NCBI GenBank assembly: GCA_964406095.1 | Contig: CAYOQJ010000039.1 | Location: forward strand, 24,139-88,138 | Direction of reading: 5' to 3' | From: an uncultured Lentisphaeraceae bacterium | GTDB lineage: Bacteria > Verrucomicrobiota > Kiritimatiellia > RFP12 > UBA1067 | DNA: 64,000 bases | Program-made: the position numbers and the translations under genes | Shown: piece by piece, positions 18,096-27,116 of the stretch | Position numbering within the stretch: position 1 is the first letter of the stretch | Layout: each line of letters starts with the position of its first letter | The notes under the pieces: model-generated | Databases searched by the model: none | Told to the model about the DNA's origin: nothing | What the model saw: the letters and a program-made list of their open reading frames with translations, nothing else

Positions 18096-19025
18096 TCAGC
18101 GGTGCTTTTTACGGCGGCCGCCGTTTTCCAGTTCAGATTTGCACTGAATGCAGAATTTGGCGAAAGGTCGCACCGTCAGACGCTGTCGGCTGATCAGACA
18201 TCCGCACATCTCGCAGACACCATAGGTGCCTTTGTCAATCGAATTAAGAGCGTCGTCAATCTCGGCAATAACCCGTTGCTGGTCATTCATCTGATTGAGA
18301 GCTTGCAGACGCAGAAAGGCGTCGGTGCCGTCCTCTTCAGGATTCATCTCGTCGTCACGCCGCAAAGCGTCATACTTCATGGCATGAGTTTGTCCCATGA
18401 AGTGATCGCGTGTGATTAGCAGCTCTTTGCGGAACTTGGCCAGAGTAGACTTACTAAACTTGGCACGAGCCTTTTTCGCTTTGCTTTTCGGGGATGATTC
18501 AATAACCTCCAGCTTTTGCTGAACCAGCGGCACAATTGGGACTGTATCGACCTTTGGTTTGTTTGCCCGTTTCGAGTTGGCTTTGGGCTTCCCTCTTTTT
18601 TTCACTGTGCCTGCAACATTGCCGCTGGCTGCGGTATCACGGGCTTTGATCGCTTTTAAGAGCTCGGAAGTTGATTTAACCCCTTTTGTCGGAGTTGATG
18701 TGGTTGCGGATGGTTTTCCGGGTGTAGCGGCCCGGTGTGCGGCTTTTAGCTTACCCTTAGCAGCTGCCGCGGTTTTTTTTAAAGTTTTTCCGGCGGTTAC
18801 CTGCTTGGCTTTCACGCGTGTCGCGGTTAATTTTGTGCCGCCGGATTTGGCGGAAGAACTTTTTGTCACAGCGGGTGTGCCCGTTTTGACGGCGGATTTG
18901 CTCTTTTTAACCGGTATTTTTTTCTTGGTACCGTTAGCCGCAGTTTTGGGCACGCTACGTCTTTTTGTGTTCTGCCTGCTCTTATTTGTTTTTGTGTCGG
19001 CGGTTTTTTTGGTTTTGACAGCCAT
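18096..19025 (-). CDS. DksA/TraR-family C4 zinc-finger protein with ~190-aa Lys/Ala/Thr-rich N-terminal tail
   Basis: The C-terminal CEMCGCLISRQRLTVRPFAKFCIQCK is a CxxC-N17-CxxC zinc finger, preceded by a coiled-coil. The N-terminal 190 aa are low complexity (KKTADTKTNK..., AAAAKGKLKAA...). Confidence 0.8.
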   Translation of the reverse strand: MAVKTKKTADTKTNKSRQNTKRRSVPKTAANGTKKKIPVKKSKSAVKTGTPAVTKSSSAKSGGTKLTATRVKAKQVTAGKTLKKTAAAAKGKLKAAHRAATPGKPSATTSTPTKGVKSTSELLKAIKARDTAASGNVAGTVKKRGKPKANSKRANKPKVDTVPIVPLVQQKLEVIESSPKSKAKKARAKFSKSTLAKFRKELLITRDHFMGQTHAMKYDALRRDDEMNPEEDGTDAFLRLQALNQMNDQQRVIAEIDDALNSIDKGTYGVCEMCGCLISRQRLTVRPFAKFCIQCKSELENGGRRKKHR

Positions 19026-19065
19026 TATCTGTTACCTCACTCTCTATTCAAGCAAAGGGTTTGTT

Positions 19066-21243
19066 TTAAGAATGCGCTCCGTTCGTGGTTGGCGGTGTTG
19101 CGGCAATCCATGTTCTGATTTCAGCGGAGAGCGGTTTGATACTTTTTATTTCAGCTTTGGTCGTACCGCCCGGAATAGGTATCATGGTGACATCACCGAC
19201 TTTTTTACCAATCAGACTTATCGCCATCGCGCTTTTGTTGGAAATAATGTTCAAATCTTCGTCACGATCCCATTCACCCAAGATAGTGTAACTTTGCAAG
19301 GTGCCCTTTTCCAGCAGCATTTCAACTGTTGTGCCTGGTGCAACTTCAGCTGTGGTGACACCGGCAAAGTCAGTTCCCCTGATGATTTCGAGTTCAAACT
19401 GAATCTCGGCCTGACGTTGAAGGAGTTGACGTTGGTAGTCCTTGGCGGCTTGATATTCAAAGTTTTCGCGCAAATCCCCGTAGCTGCGTGCGGTCGCGAT
19501 ATCCTTACTGTTCTTGGGCATGTCGACTTCAATGAGCTTCTTGTACTGCATCTGACGCTCGGTCAGGGAGCGCCAAGAGGTCAGGTGCTCTGGAGCTGTA
19601 TCTGCCTCCTGCACGGCACGCTTACGATCGGCCAGTGTTGCATCCAGCTTGATCATGCGCGCGAGTAACGTGCGGTGATTGGAGGGGTCCCAGGCTGGCG
19701 AAGCCTGGATTCTCTCGAAAAGCAGTTGACGGTGAGTTTCGCTCAGTTCGCCGAAGATCGCTTTAAGCCATTTAGCACTGGCAAAGAGTTTTTTGAGTGA
19801 ATTCTGCATGCGCAAATCCTCGCCGGTTAAATTACTTTCCACAACAGCAATTGCGTGGTGCAGCAGTTCCATCAGCGGTGGCAGCTTCCAGTCAACGAGT
19901 TCATTGCGGTATCGAAAAATCCAGTTTATCAGTGGAGGCGGCGCTTTGGGTGATCGCAGAATGCGGCGGCAGGTCTCAGCTGTACGTGGATCTTCACGCA
20001 GAGTCAGCAGGGTTTCACTTAGAAGGTTGTAGGGCATAAGTTCAAGGGCGTTCAGCAGTTTTTCAACAGCTGAATTACCCTCTGAGAGCAGAAATTCTAC
20101 CATAGCGGCCACATCTCTGACCGACAGATTTTCTGCTGCTCTGATAAAACGTCGGTTCTCCCACAGGTGGCTGAGTGGATCGTAAAGCACTCTGCCGTTG
20201 GAGGCGGAGTTGGCAAACTCCGGCTTAATATTGTTTTTATGAGCGAAGGTGACTAATTGCGCATAGAGTGCCGCATCGGAGTTATCAGCTCCGCGGATCG
20301 CGAAACTGAGCCGGTCATTGACAATTACCGCCTGTTTATCATCAAGCGTATCCAGCTTTTTCAGCGAGCGCAGTTCAGTCAGCGAGCTAAGAATCGAGCG
20401 CGGTTCTTTTTCTTCTTCAAACTGCTCAAACCACTTCTCGTCATAGGCGGCAGCCTGATCTAAAATTTCGATACACTCATTACGCCTGGCCGGCACTGTA
20501 ATAAGCGGGTCTTTTTTCAGAGCTTTGCGGGCGTTGTCCCAGAAGCTCTTCCAGTCGGAGGCTGCCAAGAGCTGCTTTTCAATCAGTGTTGTTTCAAGTT
20601 TGGCCACCGGCATGCGCCCGAAACTCCTGATTGTCAGCATCACCAGAGCGGCGGGCTCTTCCCGGATCAGTCGTTTAAGTTCCTCAGGATGATTGGCCTG
20701 GATCGTCAGCAGGTGGTCGGGTGGAGCGATGGTCAGTGTTTCAGCGGCGGTTTTAAAGGTCAGGTTGTGACCGGAACGGTCATTGAAATCCAAGGTGACT
20801 CGCTTGTAAAAGTTGTCCAGCTTTCGGACAACACCGAAGCCCCAGGTTTTGTCGATAACCTGTACACCGGGGGCGAGCGCCAGCAGGGTGTCCAGCTCAC
20901 GGAAGGATTTTTCCAGTGGCTGCGATTTGAATTCGATCGAGTCGATAAATGCCAGATTCAGTCGCTCCTTGCAGACACGTTTCAGGTCGTTGACGATCCC
21001 ATCAATACCCAGAGTGTTGAGAAACTGTCCGGTGCAACCTTTGAACAGTAGATAGAGTCCGTCGAAGTCCGAGTTGTCGATCAGCTCTTGGGCAAGAATA
21101 GCGGCCCACTCCTCGTTTTTGCCGTTGTTTTTCACCGGCACAGAGTGGATCAGAGCCAGTAAATCGTTTACCTTTAGTGGCTTGGAATCAAGCAGTGTTA
21201 CAAAGTTTGACTCTGCATCGGCAAAGGTCAGGGTTGCTTCCAT
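19066..21243 (-). CDS. greA: GreA-family transcript-cleavage factor with ~570-aa N-terminal extension
   Basis: The C-terminal ~150 aa (ARSYGDLRENFEYQAAKDYQRQLLQRQAEIQ... ISNKSAMAISLIGKKVGD) match the GreA coiled-coil plus globular domain. ATG 21243 is preceded by GAGGA 8 nt upstream. The track start, TTG 21267, is less likely. Confidence 0.8.
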   Translation of the reverse strand: MEATLTFADAESNFVTLLDSKPLKVNDLLALIHSVPVKNNGKNEEWAAILAQELIDNSDFDGLYLLFKGCTGQFLNTLGIDGIVNDLKRVCKERLNLAFIDSIEFKSQPLEKSFRELDTLLALAPGVQVIDKTWGFGVVRKLDNFYKRVTLDFNDRSGHNLTFKTAAETLTIAPPDHLLTIQANHPEELKRLIREEPAALVMLTIRSFGRMPVAKLETTLIEKQLLAASDWKSFWDNARKALKKDPLITVPARRNECIEILDQAAAYDEKWFEQFEEEKEPRSILSSLTELRSLKKLDTLDDKQAVIVNDRLSFAIRGADNSDAALYAQLVTFAHKNNIKPEFANSASNGRVLYDPLSHLWENRRFIRAAENLSVRDVAAMVEFLLSEGNSAVEKLLNALELMPYNLLSETLLTLREDPRTAETCRRILRSPKAPPPLINWIFRYRNELVDWKLPPLMELLHHAIAVVESNLTGEDLRMQNSLKKLFASAKWLKAIFGELSETHRQLLFERIQASPAWDPSNHRTLLARMIKLDATLADRKRAVQEADTAPEHLTSWRSLTERQMQYKKLIEVDMPKNSKDIATARSYGDLRENFEYQAAKDYQRQLLQRQAEIQFELEIIRGTDFAGVTTAEVAPGTTVEMLLEKGTLQSYTILGEWDRDEDLNIISNKSAMAISLIGKKVGDVTMIPIPGGTTKAEIKSIKPLSAEIRTWIAATPPTTNGAHS

Positions 21244-21505
21244 CGAGAAAATCCTCACTTCTTTCAAAAAAGAGTAAAAAGGATATCAAATCGATAAACA
21301 AAAAGGAAGCGAATGTTTGGTGTTTTTATTGCTGCCTGAAGTTGAAAGGGTTGCCCATATTATCAAGTTATGTCACGGGATTGCCATACGGCAGCATTTA
21401 TGAAATAATAAAACCGTTTTGAGGAGAGCTGGGGATGTTAGAAGCAAAGATTGATGAACCGGAAAATCTTTTTGTGATAAAGTTGAAAAGTGAGATTACT
21501 GTTTG

Positions 21506-22468
21506 ATGAGAATCTTAATTACCGGGTCGGCGGGGTTTATCGGTTTCCATTTAGCCAGGGCACTGCTGGAAGAGGGTTGCGATGTACTGGGCTTTGATAA
21601 TTTCAATGATTATTATGATGTCAGCTTGAAAGAGGCCCGCAATGCTGTTCTGCAGAGATACGCTCACTTTGAGTTGGTGCGTGGAGACATCTCGGATTAT
21701 GTGGCGATAAAATCTTCGGTGGAACGATACAAGCCTGACAGAGTATGCCATCTGGCTGCTCAGGCGGGGGTTCGTTACTCGGTTGATCATCCTTTCATAT
21801 ATCAGGAGAGTAACGTCAAGGGTCATCTCAACATTCTTGAGGCTTGTCGTCATGCGAGGATTGATCGTCTGGTTTACGCGTCAAGTTCCAGTGTATACGG
21901 AGGTAACACAAAGATACCCTTTCATGAAAAGGATAATGTTGACCGGCCAGTGAGTTTATATGCGGCGACAAAAAAGGCCTGTGAGTTGATGAGTTACACC
22001 TATGCCTCTCTGTACGGTTTGCAGACAATCGGATTGAGGTTTTTTTCCGTTTATGGGCCGTGGGGTCGTCCCGACATGGCATATTGGCTGTTTGCGGAAG
22101 CTATGATGAAAAATAAGCCGATCAAGGTTTTCAATAACGGCGATATGCATCGCGACTTCACTTATATCGATGATATCATCAGCGGAATAAAATCAGCATT
22201 GACCGCTAAGGAATTGGAAGTTTACGAGATTTTTAATTTAGGCGGTGGCGCATCGGAAAGACTCACGGATTTCATTGATTTAATCAGCAAATTTCTGGGA
22301 GTTTCTCCTAAGATCGAGATGTTGCCGATGCAACCCGGTGATGTTTATAAAACCTACGCGGATATTACTCTTGCCAGATGCAAATTGGGGTATAGTCCTG
22401 AAGTGCCGTTAGATCAGGGGTTGGAACATTTCGCTACATGGTTCAAATCATTTTATACGGTAGAATAA
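21506..22468 (+). CDS. NAD-dependent epimerase/dehydratase (UDP-glucuronate 4-epimerase-like extended SDR)
   Basis: Rossmann motif ILITGSAGFIG, catalytic YAATKKACE, and the block RFFSVYGPWGRPDMA typical of UDP-GlcA 4-epimerase-type SDRs. Confidence 0.8.
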   Translation: MRILITGSAGFIGFHLARALLEEGCDVLGFDNFNDYYDVSLKEARNAVLQRYAHFELVRGDISDYVAIKSSVERYKPDRVCHLAAQAGVRYSVDHPFIYQESNVKGHLNILEACRHARIDRLVYASSSSVYGGNTKIPFHEKDNVDRPVSLYAATKKACELMSYTYASLYGLQTIGLRFFSVYGPWGRPDMAYWLFAEAMMKNKPIKVFNNGDMHRDFTYIDDIISGIKSALTAKELEVYEIFNLGGGASERLTDFIDLISKFLGVSPKIEMLPMQPGDVYKTYADITLARCKLGYSPEVPLDQGLEHFATWFKSFYTVE

Positions 22469-22477
22469 AAGATAATT

Positions 22478-23626
22478 ATGTTTGATGGTATAATCAGTTT
22501 GATCAGGTCGTTATATGGCGCCGACGGTAAAATTGCTTTGCATGAGCCCCGGTTTGATTCATATGACAAAGAGTTGGTTTTGCATGCGATCGAATCGACC
22601 TTTGTATCCAGTGTTGGCGAGTATGTTAATCGGTTTGAAAGAGAGCTGGCTGAGTATCTCGGTGTCAAACATGCGGTTGTGACGGTCAATGGATCGGCTG
22701 CTTTGCATGTGGCTTTACGCCTGGCCGGTGTTGTCGCGGGCTCTGAAGTTCTTACACAGGCGCTGACCTTCGTGGCTACCGCCAATGCGGTTGCGTATAA
22801 CGGGGCTTTCCCGGTTTTTCTGGATGTTGATCGTGATCGGATGGGGTTGTCGCCGGACAGGGTATCGCATTTTCTGGAAGAAAATGCCGAACAGCGCGAA
22901 AATGGAGTGTTCAATAAAAAAAGCGAACGGAAAATCGCGGCCTTATTGCCGATGCACACCTTCGGGTTGCCATGCCGCATAGAGGAAATCTGTGATATCG
23001 GTCGTCAGTGGGGCATTCCGGTGATCGAGGATGCGGCTGAGGCATTGGGCAGCATTTGCGGTGGATGCCACTGCGGCAGTTTCGGTCTGATGGGAGTTTT
23101 GAGTTTCAATGGCAACAAAATCGTTACTTCCGGTGGAGGTGGTGCCATAGTGACCGATGATGACAGGCTTGCACACCTTGCTAAACATCTGACTACGACG
23201 GCAAAAGTTCCGCACCGGTGGGCGTTTGAACATGATATGATCGGTTATAATTACCGAATGCCCAATCTTAATGCGGCCTTGGCGTGTGCCCAGCTGCGGC
23301 ATCTACCCGCTTATCTTGATGACAAACGTGAACTTGCCGCTATTTATCAAAGGTTTTTTGCTGAATCAGAGTGGGCCGATTTTTTTGAAGAGGGGCAAGA
23401 GTGCACAAGTAACTACTGGCTTAATGCGATTGTTCTCGAGGCTGCAAGTCAGAGAGACCGTTTTTTGGAAGAGACCAACAGCGCCGGAATAATGACGCGC
23501 CCGATCTGGAAACTGATGAACGAACTCAAGATGTATGCAGGTTGCCAATGCGATGATCTGAATAATTCCGGATGGCTGCGGGATCGTGTTGTAAATCTGC
23601 CCAGCGGAGTCAGGAAGCATGAGTAA
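22478..23626 (+). CDS. DegT/DnrJ/EryC1-family PLP aminotransferase (LegC/PseC-type)
   Basis: 382 aa. N-terminal LHEPRF..E...V.HAIESTFVSSVGEYVNRFERELAEYLG and the lysine region SFNGNKIVTSGGGGAIV. The gene lies inside a neuB/neuC/neuA operon. Confidence 0.8.
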   Translation: MFDGIISLIRSLYGADGKIALHEPRFDSYDKELVLHAIESTFVSSVGEYVNRFERELAEYLGVKHAVVTVNGSAALHVALRLAGVVAGSEVLTQALTFVATANAVAYNGAFPVFLDVDRDRMGLSPDRVSHFLEENAEQRENGVFNKKSERKIAALLPMHTFGLPCRIEEICDIGRQWGIPVIEDAAEALGSICGGCHCGSFGLMGVLSFNGNKIVTSGGGGAIVTDDDRLAHLAKHLTTTAKVPHRWAFEHDMIGYNYRMPNLNAALACAQLRHLPAYLDDKRELAAIYQRFFAESEWADFFEEGQECTSNYWLNAIVLEAASQRDRFLEETNSAGIMTRPIWKLMNELKMYAGCQCDDLNNSGWLRDRVVNLPSGVRKHE

Positions 23627-24242
23627 ACCGCAGATAATTATTATTGGTGCCGGCGGACACTGCCACTCCTGCATAGATGTCATAGAGCAGGATAGTCGGT
23701 TTGAGATTGCCGGAATTGTGGACAAGGTATCGGATAAGAAACCGGGCGGTGTGCTTGGTTATCCCTTGCTGGGTTGCGATGAAGACATGGCTCTTCTGCG
23801 GCAGCAATATAACTATGCTTTTGTCGGGGTGGGGCAGATTCGGAATGTTGCAGTGAGACTCAAGTTGTTTAACAGATTAAACGAGCTTGGTTACTTGTTG
23901 CCGACTATTGTTTCTCCGCGTGCGTATGTTTCCGGACATGCTAAGATCGGTAGCGGATCGATTGTCATGCACAATGCAGTTGTAAACGCCCGTGCCTTTG
24001 TTGGGGCTGGCTGTATCCTGAATTCCAGCTCTCTTGTGGAACACGATGTGGTTGTTGGTGATTATACGCATGTGTCCACCGGAGCTGTTGTCAATGGTGC
24101 CGCCAGGATAGGGAATTGTTGCTTTATCGGATCAGGAGCCACCGTTGTACAAGGTGTTGATTTGCCGGATGGTTTTTTTGTAAAAGCCGGAAGCCTTGTC
24201 TGTTCGGCAGAGGTTTCTTCAAGAGGAAACGCACTCATATGA
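23619..24242 (+). CDS. NeuD/PglD-family sugar N-acetyltransferase (left-handed beta-helix)
   Basis: N-terminal IIIIGAGGHCHS followed by hexapeptide repeats (IGSGSIVMHNAVV.. VGAGCILNSSSLV.. IGNCCFIGSGATV). The start overlaps the upstream stop (ATGAGTAA). Confidence 0.8.
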   Translation: MSKPQIIIIGAGGHCHSCIDVIEQDSRFEIAGIVDKVSDKKPGGVLGYPLLGCDEDMALLRQQYNYAFVGVGQIRNVAVRLKLFNRLNELGYLLPTIVSPRAYVSGHAKIGSGSIVMHNAVVNARAFVGAGCILNSSSLVEHDVVVGDYTHVSTGAVVNGAARIGNCCFIGSGATVVQGVDLPDGFFVKAGSLVCSAEVSSRGNALI

Positions 24243-25252
24243 GTGACAGGTCTTATATAATCGCGGAGGCTGGGGTTAATCACAACGGCTCTCTTGCTCG
24301 GGCGCGCGAAATGGTTCACGCTGCGGCGGAAGCGGGGGCGGATGCGGTGAAGTTCCAGACATTCAAGGCTGAGGATTTGGTAGTTGAATCCGCGGAGAAG
24401 GCTGATTATCAGGTGCAATCGACAGGCAGCGAGGAGAGTCAGTTGGAGATGCTTCGTAAACTTGAACTTACAAATGATGAGTTTTGTGAATTACAGGGGG
24501 TTTGTGAGCGCAACGGTGTCGAATTCATCTCTTCTCCATTTGACCTGAAGGCAGTTGATTTTCTTGCGCAACTCGGTCTGCGCACCTGGAAGATTGCATC
24601 AGGCGAAATAACGAATCTGCCCTGTTTGCGCAAAATCGGTTTGATGGCACAGAAAGTTATTCTTTCCACCGGAATGTCTGACCTTCAAGAAATCCAAAGG
24701 GCTCTGGAAGTTTTGGAGTTTGCCGGTACTCCACGCGGTATGGTTGTGCTACTTCATTGTAATTCAGAATATCCCACCCCCATGTGTGATGTTAATCTGC
24801 GTGCCATGGAAACGCTGAAGTCCGCATTTCCCGGTTTGATGGGTGTGGGTTATTCCGACCATACCAGCGGCATTGAGATTTGTATCGCGGCTTGCGCTAT
24901 GGGTGCAGCAGTGATTGAAAAACATTTCACTCTGGATAAAAAATTGCCGGGTCCGGATCACAGTCTGAGTGTTGAACCGCCGGTACTGGCTGAAATGATT
25001 CGTTCTATTCGCAACGTGGAACTGGCGTTGGGCAGCGGCATCAAGCAGCCATCGGCATCTGAGCTCAAAAATATCGACAAGGTTCGCAAAAGCATAGTTG
25101 CATCCAGAAGGATAGTCGCCGGGGAGATTTTCAGTGAGGTTAATCTGACAGTCAAGCGGCCCGGCACCGGCATTTCCCCTATGAGGTGGGCAGAGGTTAT
25201 CGGTAAGTGCGCAGGACGTAATTATGAAAAGGATGATTTGGTCGATGCGTAA
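24239..25252 (+). CDS. neuB: N-acetylneuraminate/legionaminate synthase (NeuB family) with C-terminal SAF domain
   Basis: IIAEAGVNHNGSL..A..MV.AAAEAGADAVKFQTF, and a C-terminal SAF-like segment SIVASRRIVAGEIFSEVNLTVKRPGTGISP. Confidence 0.9.
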   Translation: MSDRSYIIAEAGVNHNGSLARAREMVHAAAEAGADAVKFQTFKAEDLVVESAEKADYQVQSTGSEESQLEMLRKLELTNDEFCELQGVCERNGVEFISSPFDLKAVDFLAQLGLRTWKIASGEITNLPCLRKIGLMAQKVILSTGMSDLQEIQRALEVLEFAGTPRGMVVLLHCNSEYPTPMCDVNLRAMETLKSAFPGLMGVGYSDHTSGIEICIAACAMGAAVIEKHFTLDKKLPGPDHSLSVEPPVLAEMIRSIRNVELALGSGIKQPSASELKNIDKVRKSIVASRRIVAGEIFSEVNLTVKRPGTGISPMRWAEVIGKCAGRNYEKDDLVDA

Positions 25253-26402
25253 TATTTGTATATTTACTTCAACGCGTGCTGAGTGGGGTTTGTTACGTGG
25301 AGTGGCGGAGCTGGTTGACAAATCTGACCGACTTTCACTGCGGCTACTGGTCAGCGGCACCCACTTGTCCGATGATTATGGCAGAACCGTACAGGAAATT
25401 GAACAGGACGGTTTTGCGGTGGAGGAGTGTATTGATATACTGAAGTTTGATGATACCCGCCAAGGTATATGTAACAGCATGTCACTGGCAATGTCCGGGT
25501 ACGGTGAAGCACTTGGAAGAATGCGCCCGGATATTCTGATTGTTCTGGGTGACCGTTTTGAAACTTTCTGCGCGGCAGCCGCAGCACAGGTTCAGCGTGT
25601 TCCTGTAGCCCATATTCATGGGGGAGAGATAACCGAAGGGGCTCTCGACGAGGCGTTTCGACACTCTATCACCAAAATGTCCCATTTGCATTTTCCATGC
25701 TGTGATGCGTACCGCCGACGTATTATTCAGCTGGGAGAAAACCCTTCCATGATTTTCAATGTCGGCTCTTTAGGAGCTGAGAATATTCGCAGCATGCCTC
25801 TGCTAAACAAAAGCGAGCTTGAAATTGCGTTGAACTTTGAGTTGGACAAGCCCTTTTTGCTGGTGACATATCATCCGGAGACTTTGATGCACTCCTCTGC
25901 GGCAGAGCAGGCTGATATATTAACCGGCGCATTGGATGCCTTTCCGATGTGCAAAATTATTTTTACCGCCGCAAATTCGGACACCGATGGAGTTGTGATC
26001 AACAGACGGCTCTCTCAATATACAGCGCGCAACCCGGGGCGTTGCCTGATGGCGCATTCACTTGGCGCACTCCGATATCTTTCCGCGATGAGTTTGTGTG
26101 CGGCGGTTGTTGGCAACAGTTCGAGCGGAATTCTGGAAGCTCCGGCTTTTCGTAAACCGACGGTAAACATAGGCGATCGTCAGAAAGGGCGTCTGCGTGC
26201 GCACAGTGTGATTGATTGTGCTGCCTGCGGGGAAGATATCATAAAGGCTTTGGAAAAGGCCTTGAGCCCATCGTTTGTTATGGCGATGGCTGGAATGTCG
26301 AATCCATTTGAAAAGGAGGGGACGGCTGCGGCTATTGTCAAGGTTCTGGCCTCAGTGGAGCAACGTGACCTGAGCAGGAAACATTTTTTTGATATTTGTT
26401 GA
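25245..26402 (+). CDS. neuC: UDP-N-acetylglucosamine 2-epimerase, hydrolysing type (NeuC family)
   Basis: ICIFTSTRAEWGLL, VLGDRFE and HIHGGEITEGALDE motifs. ATG 25245 overlaps the neuB stop by 8 nt. Confidence 0.85.
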   Translation: MRNICIFTSTRAEWGLLRGVAELVDKSDRLSLRLLVSGTHLSDDYGRTVQEIEQDGFAVEECIDILKFDDTRQGICNSMSLAMSGYGEALGRMRPDILIVLGDRFETFCAAAAAQVQRVPVAHIHGGEITEGALDEAFRHSITKMSHLHFPCCDAYRRRIIQLGENPSMIFNVGSLGAENIRSMPLLNKSELEIALNFELDKPFLLVTYHPETLMHSSAAEQADILTGALDAFPMCKIIFTAANSDTDGVVINRRLSQYTARNPGRCLMAHSLGALRYLSAMSLCAAVVGNSSSGILEAPAFRKPTVNIGDRQKGRLRAHSVIDCAACGEDIIKALEKALSPSFVMAMAGMSNPFEKEGTAAAIVKVLASVEQRDLSRKHFFDIC

Positions 26403-26411
26403 GGTGTTGTT

Positions 26412-27116
26412 ATGTATAAAGATAAAAGAGTTCTGGCAATCATTCCGGCTCGAGGAGGTTCGGAGGGTGTGCCGCGCAAAAACATCCGACTGTTGGCTGG
26501 AAAACCACTGTTGGCCTGGACGGTAGAAGCAGCCGGGGAGTCACGTTACATCGATCGTTGCGTGCTTTCCTCGGATGATATGGAAATCATTGCGGTCGCC
26601 AGGGAGTTTGGCTGTGATGTGCCATTCGTCCGACCTGCGGAACTGGCCAGCCATGATACGCCTGGCATCGCGCCTGTTTTTCATGCCGTTAATGCGCTAG
26701 ATGAACATTATGATGTCGTTGTTCTGTTGCAGCCCACTTCACCGCTGAGGAGTGCTGAAGATATCGATGGTGCCATAGAATGCTGCTTGAATTCCGGATA
26801 TGGAACATCTGTTTCCGTGACGGTGTCAGCCAAACATCCCGAATGGATGTTTTCCATTTCAGAGCAGGGGAGTCTGCTGCCTTTCCGTGAAAAAGAAATG
26901 GCTTTGTCACGTCAGCAACTCAATCCGGTTTATGTTTTAAATGGGGCGGTTTACGCCATTACAACTTCTTTGATGTCAGAGGAAAAGCGATTGGTGATAC
27001 CCGGAAAATCAGCGGCTTATGTTATGCCAGCGGAGCGTTCGATTGATATCGATACCATTATGGATTTTTGTTTTGCGGAGACCCTGATTTCGGAGAGAAG
27101 CAGACATGTACAGTAA
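26412..27116 (+). CDS. neuA: acylneuraminate cytidylyltransferase (CMP-nonulosonate synthetase)
   Basis: AIIPARGGSEGVPRKN and LLQPTSPLR motifs; 234 aa. Confidence 0.85.
   Translation: MYKDKRVLAIIPARGGSEGVPRKNIRLLAGKPLLAWTVEAAGESRYIDRCVLSSDDMEIIAVAREFGCDVPFVRPAELASHDTPGIAPVFHAVNALDEHYDVVVLLQPTSPLRSAEDIDGAIECCLNSGYGTSVSVTVSAKHPEWMFSISEQGSLLPFREKEMALSRQQLNPVYVLNGAVYAITTSLMSEEKRLVIPGKSAAYVMPAERSIDIDTIMDFCFAETLISERSRHVQ

Noticed and set aside
18559-19668. 369-aa ORF on the plus strand spanning the DksA-like and GreA-like genes
   Set aside because: It is antisense to two well-supported genes. Its length is explained by the Lys-rich (AAA/AAG) coding strand, which gives stop-poor Phe/Leu-rich antisense. 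The sequence is low complexity with no motif and crosses an intergenic gap.
21506-22468. Calling the first gene of the NulO operon LegB/PseB (4,6-dehydratase)
   Set aside because: Its motifs (RFFSVYGPWGRPDMA, YAATKKACE) look like UDP-glucuronate 4-epimerase-type SDRs. The dehydratase assignment cannot be supported from sequence alone.
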